NCBI RefSeq assembly: GCF_006345805.1
Contig: NC_043003.1
Location: forward strand, 51,646,001 to 51,710,000
Direction: 5' to 3'
DNA from: Octopus sinensis
Lineage: Eukaryota
Length of the DNA: 64,000 nt
Shown here: in pieces, positions 1 to 14,027 of the stretch
How positions within the stretch are numbered: position 1 is the stretch's first letter
Layout: every line of letters starts with the position of its first letter
Made by a program: the position numbers and the translations under genes
Notes under the pieces: generated by a model
The model's database searches: none
What the model saw: only the letters and a program-made list of their open reading frames with translations
What the model was told of the DNA's origin: nothing

Positions 1-974
1 CTGAGAGGATACTGAAATAATCTTTAGATCAGGAGTGGCACAAGGGGTAGTAAATCAGCGTTGAAAGAAGATTTCAAGAAACTGGAAGCAAGGGAGGAAC
101 TAAAGTCATGTAAAAAAAGATGCTTTGATCTGCTTCTTTCTTCAATGAGCAGCTAGTATGATCAGACATGTGCAGTGAGTTATGAAAAATTGTAGATTTT
201 AGCCAGGAGGTTATGAGTAGTGGAAGTGTACAATGTTGTGCAATAAGTTTTCCAGTCAGAGTGCAGAGTAGCTTCCTCTTTTGAAGTTTGTTTTGCCAGA
301 TCAAGGTAAGAGCCTATATGTTTTTCATCCTTCATATGACAGGAGGGTCGACAAAACAAGTACCAGTCCAGAAATGGTGTTAATTTAATCAACTATAAAA
401 AACTGGCTTCAGCCCTACAGAATTATCATCCTTGAAGGCAACAACCCTGAGTTAGCTCACTCTAAAATACCCAGCACTTGAAGAACAGTGGCTTTTGCTG
501 ATCACAAGTCCAGTCACATAACAAGCCTTAACCGATGATAACTACTCTTACAAGTACATTGAAGGACATAACATTTGCCACCTTTACACACATACATATA
601 TATATATACACCTACAAGTCATTAATGTGTGTGTGTGTATGTGTGTGTATATGTGTGTGTGCACGTGTATTACATCCCTGGTCCAACCAAAGCCTTATCA
701 ACTGATTTAATAGATGGCAACTGAAAGAAATCCATCACATATATGTATACATATATTTGTGCCTCATATATTTTTACTCAGAGCTGAACATTTAACACTG
801 ATGAATAAAGAAGATAATTTTCAGGAAATGATTTGGGCTAAAATGGAAAAGTAGGGTGCAATCATGAAGGAATTAAAAGTGCATTGCAATCAGCAGCACA
901 TAACAGCATATATATATATATGGTCATTTTGCCAGTTTAGCCAATAATCTTGCACAACAAATATATAAACGTAC

Positions 975-1013
<39 letters not shown>

Positions 1014-1284
1014 ATGGGGAGGAAGGTGTGAGTGTGTGTATGTGTGCTTGTCTTTTTGTTTTGACATCACTCGGTACTTGTAAGTAAGCATCACAGTCAT
1101 ACCAAACAGTGTTGTTTACTTCCAGTCTTTCATGAAAACATGTCTGGGTATGGGAGAAATAGTACCTCACTAGGAAACAAGTGAGGGTTGAAAATAAGAG
1201 CATGCAACTATGAAGAAACTGCCTCGACAAATTACATATGATCAATGTGAGATGGAAAAGGGGACATTAAAACAATGGTATATG

Positions 1285-1325
<41 letters not shown>

Positions 1326-3264
1326 GTGCCGGTGGAACGTAAAAAGCACCAACCGATCGTGGCTGTTGCCAGCCTCCCGTGGCATGTAAAAAGCACCCAC
1401 TACACTCACGGAGTGGTTGGCGTTCGGAAGGGCATCCAGCTGTAGAAACACTGCCAGATTAGACTGGACTGGCACAGCCTTCTGGCTTCCCAGACCCCGG
1501 TCGAACCGTCCAACCCATGCTAACATGGAAAACGGATGTTAAACGATGATGAGGATCTTTTAAAACAAATTTCAGAAGGTAAATCACTGAATGATGATTT
1601 GAGGACATTTGTTCCAGTAATAATTTCAAAAGTTTTTCAAGAGAAGAGATGCAAAGTTGGTAAGCAACAGTAAGTTACAACAAAGGTAACCTGTTTAAAA
1701 GAGCACTAAGGAAAACTGATTCAAGGTAAAATGAACACTTTAGTCCCACTACAAACAGCCTCCCTAGTACTGGTGACAGGATAAAATACACACAATACGC
1801 ACAGTAGTTGTGCATGATGACAGGAAGGGCATCCAGCTTTAAAAACTAGGCCAAAAGATGTAGCAAATCTTTTTATTTGCAGCATGTGTCAAGATGACAA
1901 TATTTCAGCAGGTACCAAGATCTTTTAAGGACTTGTTCAAATGACGCTAGTAGGGGAAAAAAAGATGATTAGGAGGATGACAATAATGATGATGATGATA
2001 ATGAAGTTGATGATAGAGAAAGTTGTGATATGTTGGTGTATACAGTTGAGAATGGGAGAGCCCAATACGTGGTTGCATAGTATAAACTTTATTCATATCA
2101 TATTTTCTACTTAAGGTTTCTTTTTTCTGACTGCCGGATGAAGTTGTGTGGGTTCGCATTTCACAGACACTAACTTCGACAGGTTGGACATTTGATTTCT
2201 GTCTTTTTTGTAGGGTTCTCTATGGCCAGCTACATGTACTATGGTCGTTACCTGACTGTGGGACAAATGGAAGGGTTTAACAATCAGTTCAGGGCTCTGG
2301 ATTGAAGAAGAACAACAGGAAACCTCCAGAAAATAAAGACTTCCTTACTTGCCAGTCCTTTTTGGCAGTCCTACAGCTGGAAATGGATTAATGTCTTTGT
2401 GGGGAAAAATTGCACTCAGCACCATCAAGGGAAGCAAGAAAAATGGCATGTATATATAGTGACACTTGTCTTCTCCAAACAGTTATTTACATACCAATCT
2501 ACAACTAAAGTTGCACATAAAAGATTAGAACATACAATTATTCAAGTGGAGAAGGAATAAATGTCTGACATTAAGACAGCACTGATTGAAGGTGTGTCTG
2601 AGTAAATGTATTTGTGTGTGTGTGTGCATGCATGAATTGGTATGTGTAAGAAGACAAGGCATAAAGGAGGGCAAAAAAAAAAATAAACGGAATGAGGAAA
2701 GAAAAGAGGGAAAGAGAGAAATACAGAGAGAGAGAGAGAGAGATGGAGAGACACAAAGAAATAAAGACAGAGGAGTATGAGGTTGAGTTCTCACATGATA
2801 AAATCATTGTTACTAGAGTCTTTGTTACACAAGATCCAGGTCAGCGTTGATCTAGCAGGCATATTGCTCTACTGAAGATGTGAGCAAAAGAAACAGGTAA
2901 AAGTCATCACATTATAGCCTATATTATGAGCTATAAAACTGCTTCAACTGCGCTTGGAGAATTTTTTTAAAAACTTGAATGGGTTCTCTGAAAAATAAGA
3001 AAGCAATGAAAGAAATATGAATTACATTAGAAGAAAAACATATGATTTTGCTTAAGCACAGCAATAGTAATAATGAGTTGTTAGAACTCAATATACTTAT
3101 GCTTTAGAGTAAAGTGTTAGGCAGGTACATTAATTAATAAATGACAAAAGAATGGGAATCATATAATCACCTTCACTAGTTTTTAGGTGTTTCTGCTATA
3201 AGAAACAGAACTAACTGCTTGAGCAACTACCTATAGCTTCCTTGGAGCCATTAAAAAGAAGTTT

Positions 3265-4062
3265 GGGGCTAATGCAGTTTTGCATCTCTCCTTGAAAAAT
3301 GCATTTTTAAAAAAAAAGATTTTTTCTAATTTCTACATTTTAGATATCGGGGATTATGAATATGCAAAAAAAAAAATGTCTTTTAATTTAACCCCCCCCC
3401 CTCCCGCCAATTAAAAATTTTGAACTTTTTTCGAAATTTTTTTCCTTTGTTTTAGATGAGGAGGATTCCGAATATGCAAGAAACCACATTTTCAAAATTT
3501 TAAATTCTATAAGCATATAGCTATGTGTGTAAAGAGGTACATATGAATGTACACTGTCTTCTATAGGACTGCTACATTTAGCTGGCAAATATATTTATGG
3601 ATAAATGGATAGGGATAAATAGATAGACAGATAAATAAATAAATGGATGAAAGAGTTCAAAATTTAAAATTGGGGAGGGGTGAAATTTGAGCCCCTTATG
3701 AAACTTTATATCATTAATTATTAAAAATTAATGTTTGTTTCTCATAAAATGGTGTATATTTCATTTACATTTAATTATTATTTATGGTTATTTAAGGCAA
3801 ACACAAGTAAAATGCAAATTCTTTTCACTTCAATGTTTCTGTCAATATTTAATTTTGATTTGCATATGTTCATTCATTCGCTATGATCTCATTAAAGTAA
3901 ACAAAATCAAAATTTTTAATTGAGGGTGGGGTAGGGAGGGGAGATGAAATTTTAAAAATTGTTTTTTGCATATTTGTGATCTTCGACATTTAAAACACAG
4001 GAATCCGAAAAATTTTTTTTTAATGCATTTTTCAAGGAGAGGTGCAAAACTGCATTAACCCC
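3265..4062. mobile_element. Non-autonomous DNA transposon with GGGG...CCCC termini and 8-bp TSD (Merlin-like by termini and TSD length)
   Basis: TIRs ggggctaatgcagttttgcatctctccttgaaaaatgcatt and aatgcatttttcaaggagaggtgcaaaactgcattaacccc. AGAAGTTT lies at both 3257-3264 and 4063-4070. No coding capacity seen. Confidence 0.75.
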
Positions 4063-5141
4063 AGAAGTTTAATGGAGCCATTAAAAAGATGTTTATTTTG
4101 GAAAGCATATATGGGTTGAAAAATTAAGTACCAGTAAAACACTGTGGTTGATATAATCGACTAGCGCTGCCCTCAAAATTTCAGGCCTTGTGCCTTTAGT
4201 AGAAAGGATTATTATTATTATTAAGGCATCGAGCTGACAGAATCAATAACATGCTGAGCAAAATGTTTAGTAGCATTTCATCTGTCTTTACGTTTTGAGT
4301 TCAAATTCTGCTGAGGTCAACATTGCCCTTCATCCTTTCACACTTGATAAAGTAAGTACCAGTTGCACAGTGGGGTCAATATGATTGACTTATCCCCTCC
4401 CCCAAAATTGCTGGCCTTGTGTCAAAATTTGAAATCGTCATAATCATCATCATTATTATTACTATTATCATTAACAGTTGCTTGTGGACGAAACTATAAC
4501 ACCTTCATGTCATAATTTTCCCCACGTTACGAGTCAATTACTGAATGGTTTTTATTTCAGAGATTTCCTTCTAGATGGACTGTCTTCACTATGACAGTTG
4601 ATTACCATCTATCCTTGACCATATTGGTCACTGACATTGCTGAGTTTTTCCACCATTTGATGGATTGTGTTTTTCATCCTGCAGGGTGCCCAAAAATCAC
4701 CTTCCTCACCAAGCCAACTTGGGGTATGTTGCCAGTTTAGTTACCAATGATCTGCTCATGGAACAGGTGGTGTATATATATATATATCTTCTTCGTTTAG
4801 CGTCCATTTTCCATGCTAGCATGGGTTGGATGGTTTAACTGGGGTCTGGGAAGTCAGAAGGCTGCACCAGACTCCAGTCTGATCTGGCAATGTTTCTACA
4901 TGTATATAATATATACATTTTATTTATTATTTTGCACATTACTTAATCAGAGTTATATGTTTTGTCTTATATTTAATCTTTCTATAATATGTAATTTTCC
5001 TAAATGGTAAAATTTAATTTTTTATTATTGAATTGATAAAAGGGTTTTTTTTTCTTCTTCCCTTCTTTCCTGAGCGTCCAATAATACTTTATTTGTTCCA
5101 CATCCTTGCGTTGTTGTCTTTTTGTTTTCTTGTTTGGATTA

Positions 5142-5185
<44 letters not shown>

Positions 5186-6114
5186 CATATACATATATAT
5201 ATATATACAAAGTAAATCTACGGATAACAACAGGTAATTGAAACTGTGCTAGTTTCAATTCAGTTTTTACTCATCATCCATTTTTACATTTTGTACAATT
5301 TCTCCATTATATGTATATATCAATATGTATGTGAAATTGTGGGTGCATGTTTTGCATAGTTACAGCTGTACACTTTGGGAAGATGGTTGCAAAAGATAAC
5401 AGGAGGAAAAAAAAGTTTGCAATGATGTAGCAAAGGGAAGCTGAATGCACATTTCCTGATAGTAAAAGTACTGCTCTGAAAAGCTGGAGGAGGCAATACA
5501 GTGGGAAAGTGTCAAAATCATTCTGATTTCCAGTCAATAGCTGATAAAAGGAATGTCCTAACCCATACCAGCATGGAAAACGGACAGATGTACATAGATC
5601 TTTATGTACATGCCGGTACGCCACGTCAGATAGTTTGAGAAGTACTGTTCTAGAGGTTAGGTGTGTTGGGCTCACAATTGTGGTTTCATTTCCTGTTGCT
5701 TTAGTCTATCTAGCTGAAATGAATACATGCCTAGTGCTAGTCTAGACCTCTTAGCTTCAAGGTGTCATTTCCTAGGTATTCTGTTGGTTGAGGGTTGGGA
5801 GTAACAAATAGGTGTCTATGCTTATGGCTACATAAATGCCTAAAAGAATTAGGGAAACATACTACATGCTACCAAGTCATCTCCTAGTCTGAGTGACAGC
5901 TTAGTAGTTATATATATATACTCATACAAACAAACACCCACCCCTAAAATACACAGTTTGTTTATACCAGGAAGCTGCACCAGGTTCCAGTCTGATCTGG
6001 CAGTTTCTGCAGCTAGATGCCCTTCCTAATGCCAACCACTCCGTGAGTGTAGTGGGTGCTTTTTACATGCCACCGGCACAGGGGACAGAGGAGGCTGGCA
6101 ACGTCCATGATCGG

Positions 6115-6206
<92 letters not shown>

Positions 6207-6225
6207 ACAAGAAAGTCAAATCAAA

Positions 6226-6311
6226 CTAACTGAATTTTGATGTTGGCTTTTTTTTCGGTATGGCTGGCTGTTCTCGTGTTCTTATCACAACATCTTCATA
6301 GGGATTCGATT
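6226..6311 (-). CDS. THEMIS-like: Terminal coding exon of the THEMIS-like gene (E|SNPYEDVVIRTREQPAIPKKKPTSKFS*)
   Basis: Acceptor ctttgtatcttaaatgtctattccag|AA, phase 1 matching the exon 3 donor. 86 nt ending in TAG at 6228-6226. Encodes YEDV and PAIPKK motifs. Too short for the ORF track. Confidence 0.68.
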
Positions 6312-9229
6312 CTGGAATAGACATTTAAGATACAAAGATTAGATTGTGATAAGTTACTGTTATTCCTACAGTAGTGGAGTGAATGCGATCTCCACTAAGA
6401 TGGCTGTGATAATACACAGACACACACACACACGTCTGTGTGTATTTGTTTTCCCCTACCCATCCACTGATTGATGTCACTGTAACTTAACAGTTCAGCA
6501 AAAGAACCAATAAAATATATATCAGGTTTAAAAAAAAAAACAGAAAAAATAGAAGTACTAGGGTCGATTTGTTTAACTAAAACCCTTCAAAGCAGTGCCT
6601 CGACATAGCTGCATTCCAATTACTAAAACAGGGGAAAAGATAAAATGGAAAAGACTACTTATTTAAAATAGTAGGGTGAGGTTTGAAGGGGATTTGGTTT
6701 TTATTTCTAGCAGGTTGAATGAACATCCAGAGACTCTTGTTTTTTCCACTGTAGACATTTTAACAACTGATGCTCAGACGATGACGATGATGATGACGAC
6801 GACTTTAACAACACCAAAAACAATATTATCATGATGTCAATGAGGAAGCTTGTAGTTGGTTGCTTGATCCTCTAGAAATAACAGTAAAAACTGCCTCAAA
6901 CTACACTATCATCTACGCAACAAAGTACAAGATGAAGCATGACTATCATGTTATTAAAACGACATAGATAACTAGATACAGTAAAGTATACTTTATATGT
7001 GGCTTACTAATCAGGCGCCATTGCTGGAACAGTGACTTGCATCAAATACTTTATTAAAATGATTGGTTAAATAAAACAAGTATACTAACATTTGAAGGGA
7101 AATAACTCAATATATTACACTGACAAAGCCATGCTTAAAATTTCACTCCACAATTATCACGAAAAACTTGTGTATCATATGGCTTCATTGTTATCACACC
7201 GAAAGGATAAAAGGCAAAGTCGACCGCGACGGAATTTGAACTCAGAACGTAACGGCAGATGAAATACCTATTTCTTTACTACTCCCAAGGGGCTAAATAC
7301 AGAGGGAACAAACAAGGACAGACAAACGGATTAAGTCGATTATATCGACCCCAATGCGTAACTGGTACTTATTTAATCGACCTCGAAAGGATGAAAGGCA
7401 AAGTCGACTTTGGTGGAATTTGAACTCAGAATGTAGCGGCAGACGAAATACTGCTAAGCATTTCGACCGGCGTGCTAACGATTCTGCCAGCTCACCGCCT
7501 CAGCAGATGTACTGACACAAGTAATATAGACCTTTTAATGCTGTAACACATCAACTACACAAAAAACATAACTGTAGTGGCTCCTGAAGCAGTATCATCT
7601 TGAAAAATCTTCACCAAAACCAAAAGAAAGAAAATGTGAAAAGAATTTTGGATTCAGAAATACGAAGAACCAAGCCTAACACACATCCATATTTAACACT
7701 TCCAATGCTTTAATGGTCCCTGAGTGAGTAGGTTTCATTCTGTTGCTAGCATTTGAACCAGAATGCAGTTATCTTTCTGCTTGTTTCTCTGGCTGAGGTT
7801 CAGGATGATCATCAGACACATAAATTTCACCTGACAGGGAGGTGGGGATGAAAAGGACATAAGTATCGCACTTACTCCTCTCACCCATGCTAGCATAGGA
7901 GATGGACGTTAGACGATGATAACGATGAAAACCAGCTAAAATATACAAAAATCTTTATTTGTAGTTATGTACTCTAAAAGCTACATTAGCTTAAAGCAGT
8001 TATCTCCCTCTAGTCATCAAGCCAGATACTTGCAAGAAAGACAACTCTTGACTTGGTAAGAAATCGCCATTATGAAATTACAGCGATATTTGGAAGCTCA
8101 GTTTAACCGGCTAAGTGTTCATAACTCTACGAACTCACCTCCAATGATTCCTGTTTAATCTACCCTAACATTCTTCCCTCCAGAATCATCAGCAGTCGAC
8201 CTAGAACCAGCGACGTTGTTTTAACAGAATTGTCAGAGTATTGGGCAAAATATTTGTTGAATTTAGCTCCGACCCATAACATTCTTATTTCACATCACAA
8301 TAAAGTCAACTCTGCCTTTCATCCTTTCCAAAGTCAATAATATAAAATACCAGTAAAATTATGGATGTAATAGCAGGTGATGTAGTATGTTGTAGTGCAG
8401 TGCAGCGGTGGTAAAGATGGTGGTGATGATAGTGATCTTACAGACCAGACAGATTAAACGACACCTACCCGCCATTCTCAAAAGAATATGGGTGAGTATT
8501 GTTGTAACCAACAGGGCTGAGAGAGACTATCTCCAGGGAGGATTCTGCAAACTGTTCTACATGTACTTAAAAAAAATATAGGATAGTCATAGTTGGAATG
8601 ACTATCCTATAGGTCAACTAAATAGTTAATTAGTTGACCACATCAAAAACAGCACTAAACAATTTTCCAATCATTCCTTGCTAGAACTGCAGCCATCAAA
8701 AGCTACTTTCTGCCTACATCCTCCTCCTCCTCCTCCTTCTTCTAAGCTAATAAAGGTGCCCTTGCAGCTGTTCAACCTGTGGGGAACAGTTACCAAAAGT
8801 CATTCAAATCACTCCCTGGCATCTTAAAAAAGGCAAGGACACTTAGGTATTTATAAAAGATAGGATGATCGTTGGTGGAAAGTGTTTGATCATAGACCTG
8901 CACATTTGGAATTTACTTCAGGAAAAATAAAAACAAAAGCAATATCAACCTTCAGAATTACAAGCAAATTATCACTTGTATTGACATAAACTCAATTAGC
9001 ATTGTCCATTTGAAAGGTCATATAAAGATTATGTGCATTGCCTCTGTTATCTTAATTAAATAACTGAGAAAAAAATTGTTAAAGAAATGACTTGCTCTAT
9101 CACTTGCTCTATCATACAACCAGTAGTATGAGACATGTAACTAAGTAGTAATAATATGCAGTTAAACAGCACTACCATTTAACTAAATTGTAGGTACGTA
9201 TGTACCTATATACATACATATATACATAC

Positions 9230-9279
<50 letters not shown>

Positions 9280-9987
9280 GCACGCACACACATATAATAC
9301 ATACATACACACATACACATACATACATACATACATACATACATTTAACTAGTACTACAACACAACTAGCCAGTATTGTATATAACTTATCAATATTAAT
9401 TTAATTAATATAACTAATCAATACTGCCATACAAGTATCCAGTTCTACAATTCATCTTTCTTTTAATGACAACAAATTAATCAATACAAATTAACACACA
9501 TTCTTTTGACTCTAAGCGACAAAACATTTTCATTTATTTTATGCTGGTTGCTGGAGAGTTTCAGTAATCTGAGTGCTGCATAAGGAATTTACTGAATATA
9601 ATTAATTAGTACTCTAACTTGTATTATTATACAATTAATCAGTATCACCAAGTAATTAACTCGTGTTACTGTATAAACTATCTAGTTCAGTTTGACCATT
9701 ACTATTATATAAGTAACTGTGTACTATGCAACTAACTGGTTCCTCTTCTCCTTCCTCCTCATTGTTTTAATGTCCAGTTTTCTATGCTTGCATACATTTG
9801 GATGGCATTTGCTGAAGTGGATTTTTTGATGGCCAAATGCCTCTCCTGTCACTAAATATTGCCTTAGATTTCAAGTACAGTAAAACTTGCTAATGATCAG
9901 GCATGTTTCCAAAGAAGAATGGAAACAGACATCGCCTGCATGATGGTAACACTCATTTACAACTAGTCAAAATGAAAACAAAGAGAG

Positions 9988-10026
<39 letters not shown>

Positions 10027-12399
10027 ACAGGCTTCTTTCAGATTCCATCTACTAAATCCACTCACAAGGCTTTGATCAGCCCAGGACTATAGTACTTGCT
10101 CAAGGTGTTATGCAGTGGAACTGATCCTGAAACCATGTGATTGGGAAGCAAACTTCTTATCACACAGCCATGCCTGCACTTGTTCATCATCATCATCATC
10201 ATCATCATAATCATCATTTAACGTCCATTGTCCATGCTGGCATGGGTTGGACAGTTTGACTGAGCTAGCATGCTGGAAGGCTGCACCAGACTCCAGTCTG
10301 ATTTGGCATGGTCTTCTATGGCTGGATGCCCTTCCTAACACCAACCACTCCAAAAGTGTAATGGGTGCTTTTACATTCCACTGGCACAAGTGCCATTTGT
10401 GTGACACCAATATAAAAGAGATTTCCGGTACAAGAGAAGGTATTTCCAGTATCAGTGGTGGGCGTGGGAAAGGGTGGGTACATCGCATCACTATATGATT
10501 AAATTGTACAGTAATGCTAATATACCACTAACTATACCATACAATTAACAAGTATTGTATAAATTCAAAGATCAAAGGCTCTTCTCAAGCCATAGGCTCA
10601 TAAGGCTAGTTTTCCAGTTTCTGTGGTGTGCATATCCACTCCCACTGGATGGGATGCCAGTCCATCATAGATACTGCTCAATACTGTCAGCTGAATGGAC
10701 TGGAGCAATATGAAATGAAATGTTTTGCTCAAGAACACAATGCATTGCCTGATCTAAGAATTGAGACCACAAGCATTTGATCATAAGTGCAACACTTTAA
10801 CCACTAGGCCAAGTGCTTCCACCACTGTATAACTTAGCAGTACTAATATAACATACTACTATAAATTAACCAGTACTATATAGTTATATATATAAATAAC
10901 CAGTACTATATAAATAGTCAAGGTAAGTGCTTCTATGTGGCCACTCAACTTGCTAGGAATAGAAACCTAAACTAATGTAGGAATAAACAACAGAAGCTAA
11001 CCAAAAACTAATATAATTGTACTTTAGTACTTCATTTGATTAGAAGTCTAACTCTTAATAAACTTGAACTGAAAACAGTAAAGTACAGGCCAAAACAGAA
11101 GGGTAAAGAAATACTGATTGGCGTAAGTTGTTAGTTATTGGGACACTACACAGGTCTCCTACCCTGTTAGAGGCATAGGGGTTTACATTTCTTGTAAATC
11201 ATTCTAGTTATTTTAGTCTATCCTGTTGTTTGTGAGTGTATCATACACATGTATATAAACACATAACTCATACATACATCATACTTATTTAGCAATGATT
11301 ACGAAAATACTTAAAGGTTAAAAGGTAAAGACCCCCTTTCAGTGATGAATGACCTTGGGATAGAGCCAAGAAAGTTCCCCTCTAATCCACACTTGTGGGC
11401 AAGGTTGTTTATGGAAGACCAGCAGTTGCTCATGTATACCAGCCTCGCCTTTCCATGTTATCAAAGGGAAGAGCAAAGGCTGATACAGCTTGGCACCAGT
11501 GACATCATAATTCATTTCTATAAATGAGAGAACTGGAACAACATGAAAATAAAATGTCTTGCTCAATAATACAACACACAGCCCAGTCCAGGAATCGAAC
11601 ATGCTACCTCATGATTGAAAGCCCAATGCTCAAACCACTGAGCCAGGTACCTTCTAAAATAATTAAAGAGTAATTTAGTTTGAGTTTATCACCAGCTGAA
11701 TTGAAGTCCAGGTTTCACATTAGGCTAGAGCCTCTTATCAGTTTTACATGGATGGATATACAGATGTTTAGCCCAAGGTCAGTTTTAAGCTGTTCCAGGA
11801 GTGACTTTCCAGAATTTTTTTTTCTTTTCATTCATAGAGTGTCTAGGATCACATTGCACCTTTCCATTTCTAAGACATCTGTGTGTGAGATGACAGAGGT
11901 TAGGTTGCTATTTCTAGCAGGTCTGGAAACTACATAGTGGCTCACTTGTTGGATCTTATGTGAATGTTTGTAGGTGACAGGTGGTCGTTATAGCAGCAGC
12001 AGTAACAGGAAAAGCCTCACAAGTGGTGATGGTGGAAGTGCTTGTAATTAAAAGTATTACTAAGGAGTGGTAGTGGTAATAGTGAAAGTATTGCTAGTGA
12101 CAGTGGTATTAGTGTAGAAGCAGCGATTGTGTAGTAACATTATTAGTTGTTAGTGGTAGTTTTAGTAAAAGTATTTCTGTTGTTGGTAGTAGTAGTGATG
12201 AAAGAGGTATGATGTACTCATAGCATTATTGTTGATGATAGTAGTAGAAGCAGCAGCAGTGGCAGCAGTAATAGTGGTGGGGAGAATTTGCAAAAACTGT
12301 ATGCCTGGATCCTCACCTAGCCATGGGGTTTAGGTGACAGGTGAAGCAACACACCTGTTGAAATATAATACTGTTATATCAATATTATCTAGTGTAAGG

Positions 12400-13060
12400 T
12401 GGCAAGCTGGTACAAACGTTAGCATGCTGGGCGAAATGCTCAGTGGTATTTCGTCTGCCGTTACGTTCTGAGTTCAAATTCCACTGAGGTCAACTTTGCC
12501 TTTCATCCTTTTGGGATCGATTAAATAAGTACCAGTTATGTACTAGGGTCGATATAATCGACTTAATCCCTTTGTCTTTCCTTGTTTGTCCCCTCTGTGT
12601 GTAGCCCCTTGTGGGCAGTAAAGAAATAGGTATTTCATCTGTTGTTACATTCTGAATTCAAATTCTGCTGAGGTTGACTTTGCCTTTCATCCTTTCGGGG
12701 TCGATAAATTAAGTACCAGTTGCATACTGGAGTCAATCTAATTAACTGCTCCCCTCCCACTCCCCAAAAGTTTCGGACCTTGTGCCTAGAGTAGCAAAGA
12801 ATGTTATCTATTTGTATCACTCTTTCACTGGTTTCAAATTTTGGCACAAGACTAGCAATTTCCGGTGAGGGGAGGGGCACAGGTAAATCGATAACATTGA
12901 CACCCCAGTACTCAGTTGGTACTCATTTTATTGGACCTCGAAAGGATGAAAAGTAAAGTCGACCTTGGCAAAATTTGAACTCAGAACTTAAAGATGGATG
13001 AAATGCTGCTGAACGTTTTGCCAGCGTGCTAATGATTCTGCCAGCTTGTCACCTTGTGCC
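12400..13060. mobile_element. Cluster of SINE family D copies in both orientations (others approx. 4220-4440, 7200-7500, 23340-23580, 43620-43860, 45900-46300)
   Basis: Shared gttctgagttcaaattc(c/t)gc(c/t)gaggtcgactttgcctttcatcctttcggggtcgat, with a B-box-like gttcaaattcc. Confidence 0.8.
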
Positions 13061-13238
13061 ACACACATGTACAGCCTATCAATAATTTTCACACACACAC
13101 ACACTCTCTCTCTCACTCTCTCTTTCTCTCTCTCTCTCTTACCCCCTCTCTCTCTCTCTAAAAACAGACCTCATTTAAAGGGATAGCACAAAAGAAAAAG
13201 TAGCATGTAGGCAGCAGCAGCAGCTTTAGTTTGCTTAC

Positions 13239-13487
13239 CTGTATCAGAAATCTGGCCAGATGATGTCCTTGTGATGTAGACATTTGGCTGTGTGGTGGAA
13301 GTCCTGTTTGAAAGGGAAGGATAGTCACCAGTTGGTGTTGTTGATGCATTTGATGCAGTAGCTGGTGTAGTAGTGGATGTAGTAGTTGATGTAGTTGGAA
13401 TAGGAGTTGGTGCAGAAATTGATGCAGTAGTTAGCATTGGAGTTGTTAAAAGATTGTCGATTCTGATATTTTCATAAATGTTGAAAT
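13239..13487 (-). CDS. THEMIS-like: Coding exon 3 of the THEMIS-like gene (D|FNIYENIRIDNLLTTPML...Thr/Ser-rich...QPNVYITRTSSGQISDT)
   Basis: Acceptor tttttgttttttgttttag|AT and donor CAG|GTAAGC are both strong. The 249 nt run phase 1 to phase 1, compatible with exon 2, and the frame is open. Confidence 0.78.
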
Positions 13488-13680
13488 CTAAAACAAAAAA
13501 CAAAAAAATAATAATAAAATAAAATAGAAAGAATATTCAGTAAGCAAGTGAGTAGGGCAGAGGTCATTGAAGGCCTTTTAGGAAGATTAGTGTATGTATG
13601 GTACACTACAGAGCAAACAATATTTTGGCAGATTTTTCATAAAGGGCAAAAAATATATATCCTATTCTATTATTCTATTA

Positions 13681-13994
13681 CAGGGGTTGGCCACCTTTTT
13701 GAGAGAATGTGCCAAAAGTGGCAAAATCTCTGACACAAAATTCATCCATGTGCCAAGTAAGTTTTTTTGAGAACATATTAGGCTACCTGATATCTCTTAA
13801 GAAAGTGTATCTCTTTTACTTGTTTTAGTCATTTGACTGTGGCCATGCTGGAGCACTGCCTTTAGTTGAGGAAATCGACCCTAGGACTTATTCTTTGTAA
13901 GCCTAGTACTTATTCTATCGGTCTCTTTTGCCAAACATAAACACACCAGCATCGGTTGTCAAGCGATGTTAGGGTGACAAACACAAACATACAA

Positions 13995-14027
<33 letters not shown>

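Noticed and set aside
180-392. ORF ending GSYLDLAKQTSKEEATLHSDW... as a further exon
   Set aside because: Purine-rich acceptor context, it lies beyond the preferred stop, and it has no recognisable motif.
8139-8150. Possible 12-nt phase-1 microexon before a strong GAG|GTGAGT donor on the minus strand
   Set aside because: The acceptor has no polypyrimidine tract, and longer versions contain stops in all frames.
11975-12290. Thr/Ser-like low-complexity stretch on the minus strand as a mucin-type exon
   Set aside because: Degenerate (TAG/GGT)n simple sequence with stops and no paired splice sites.
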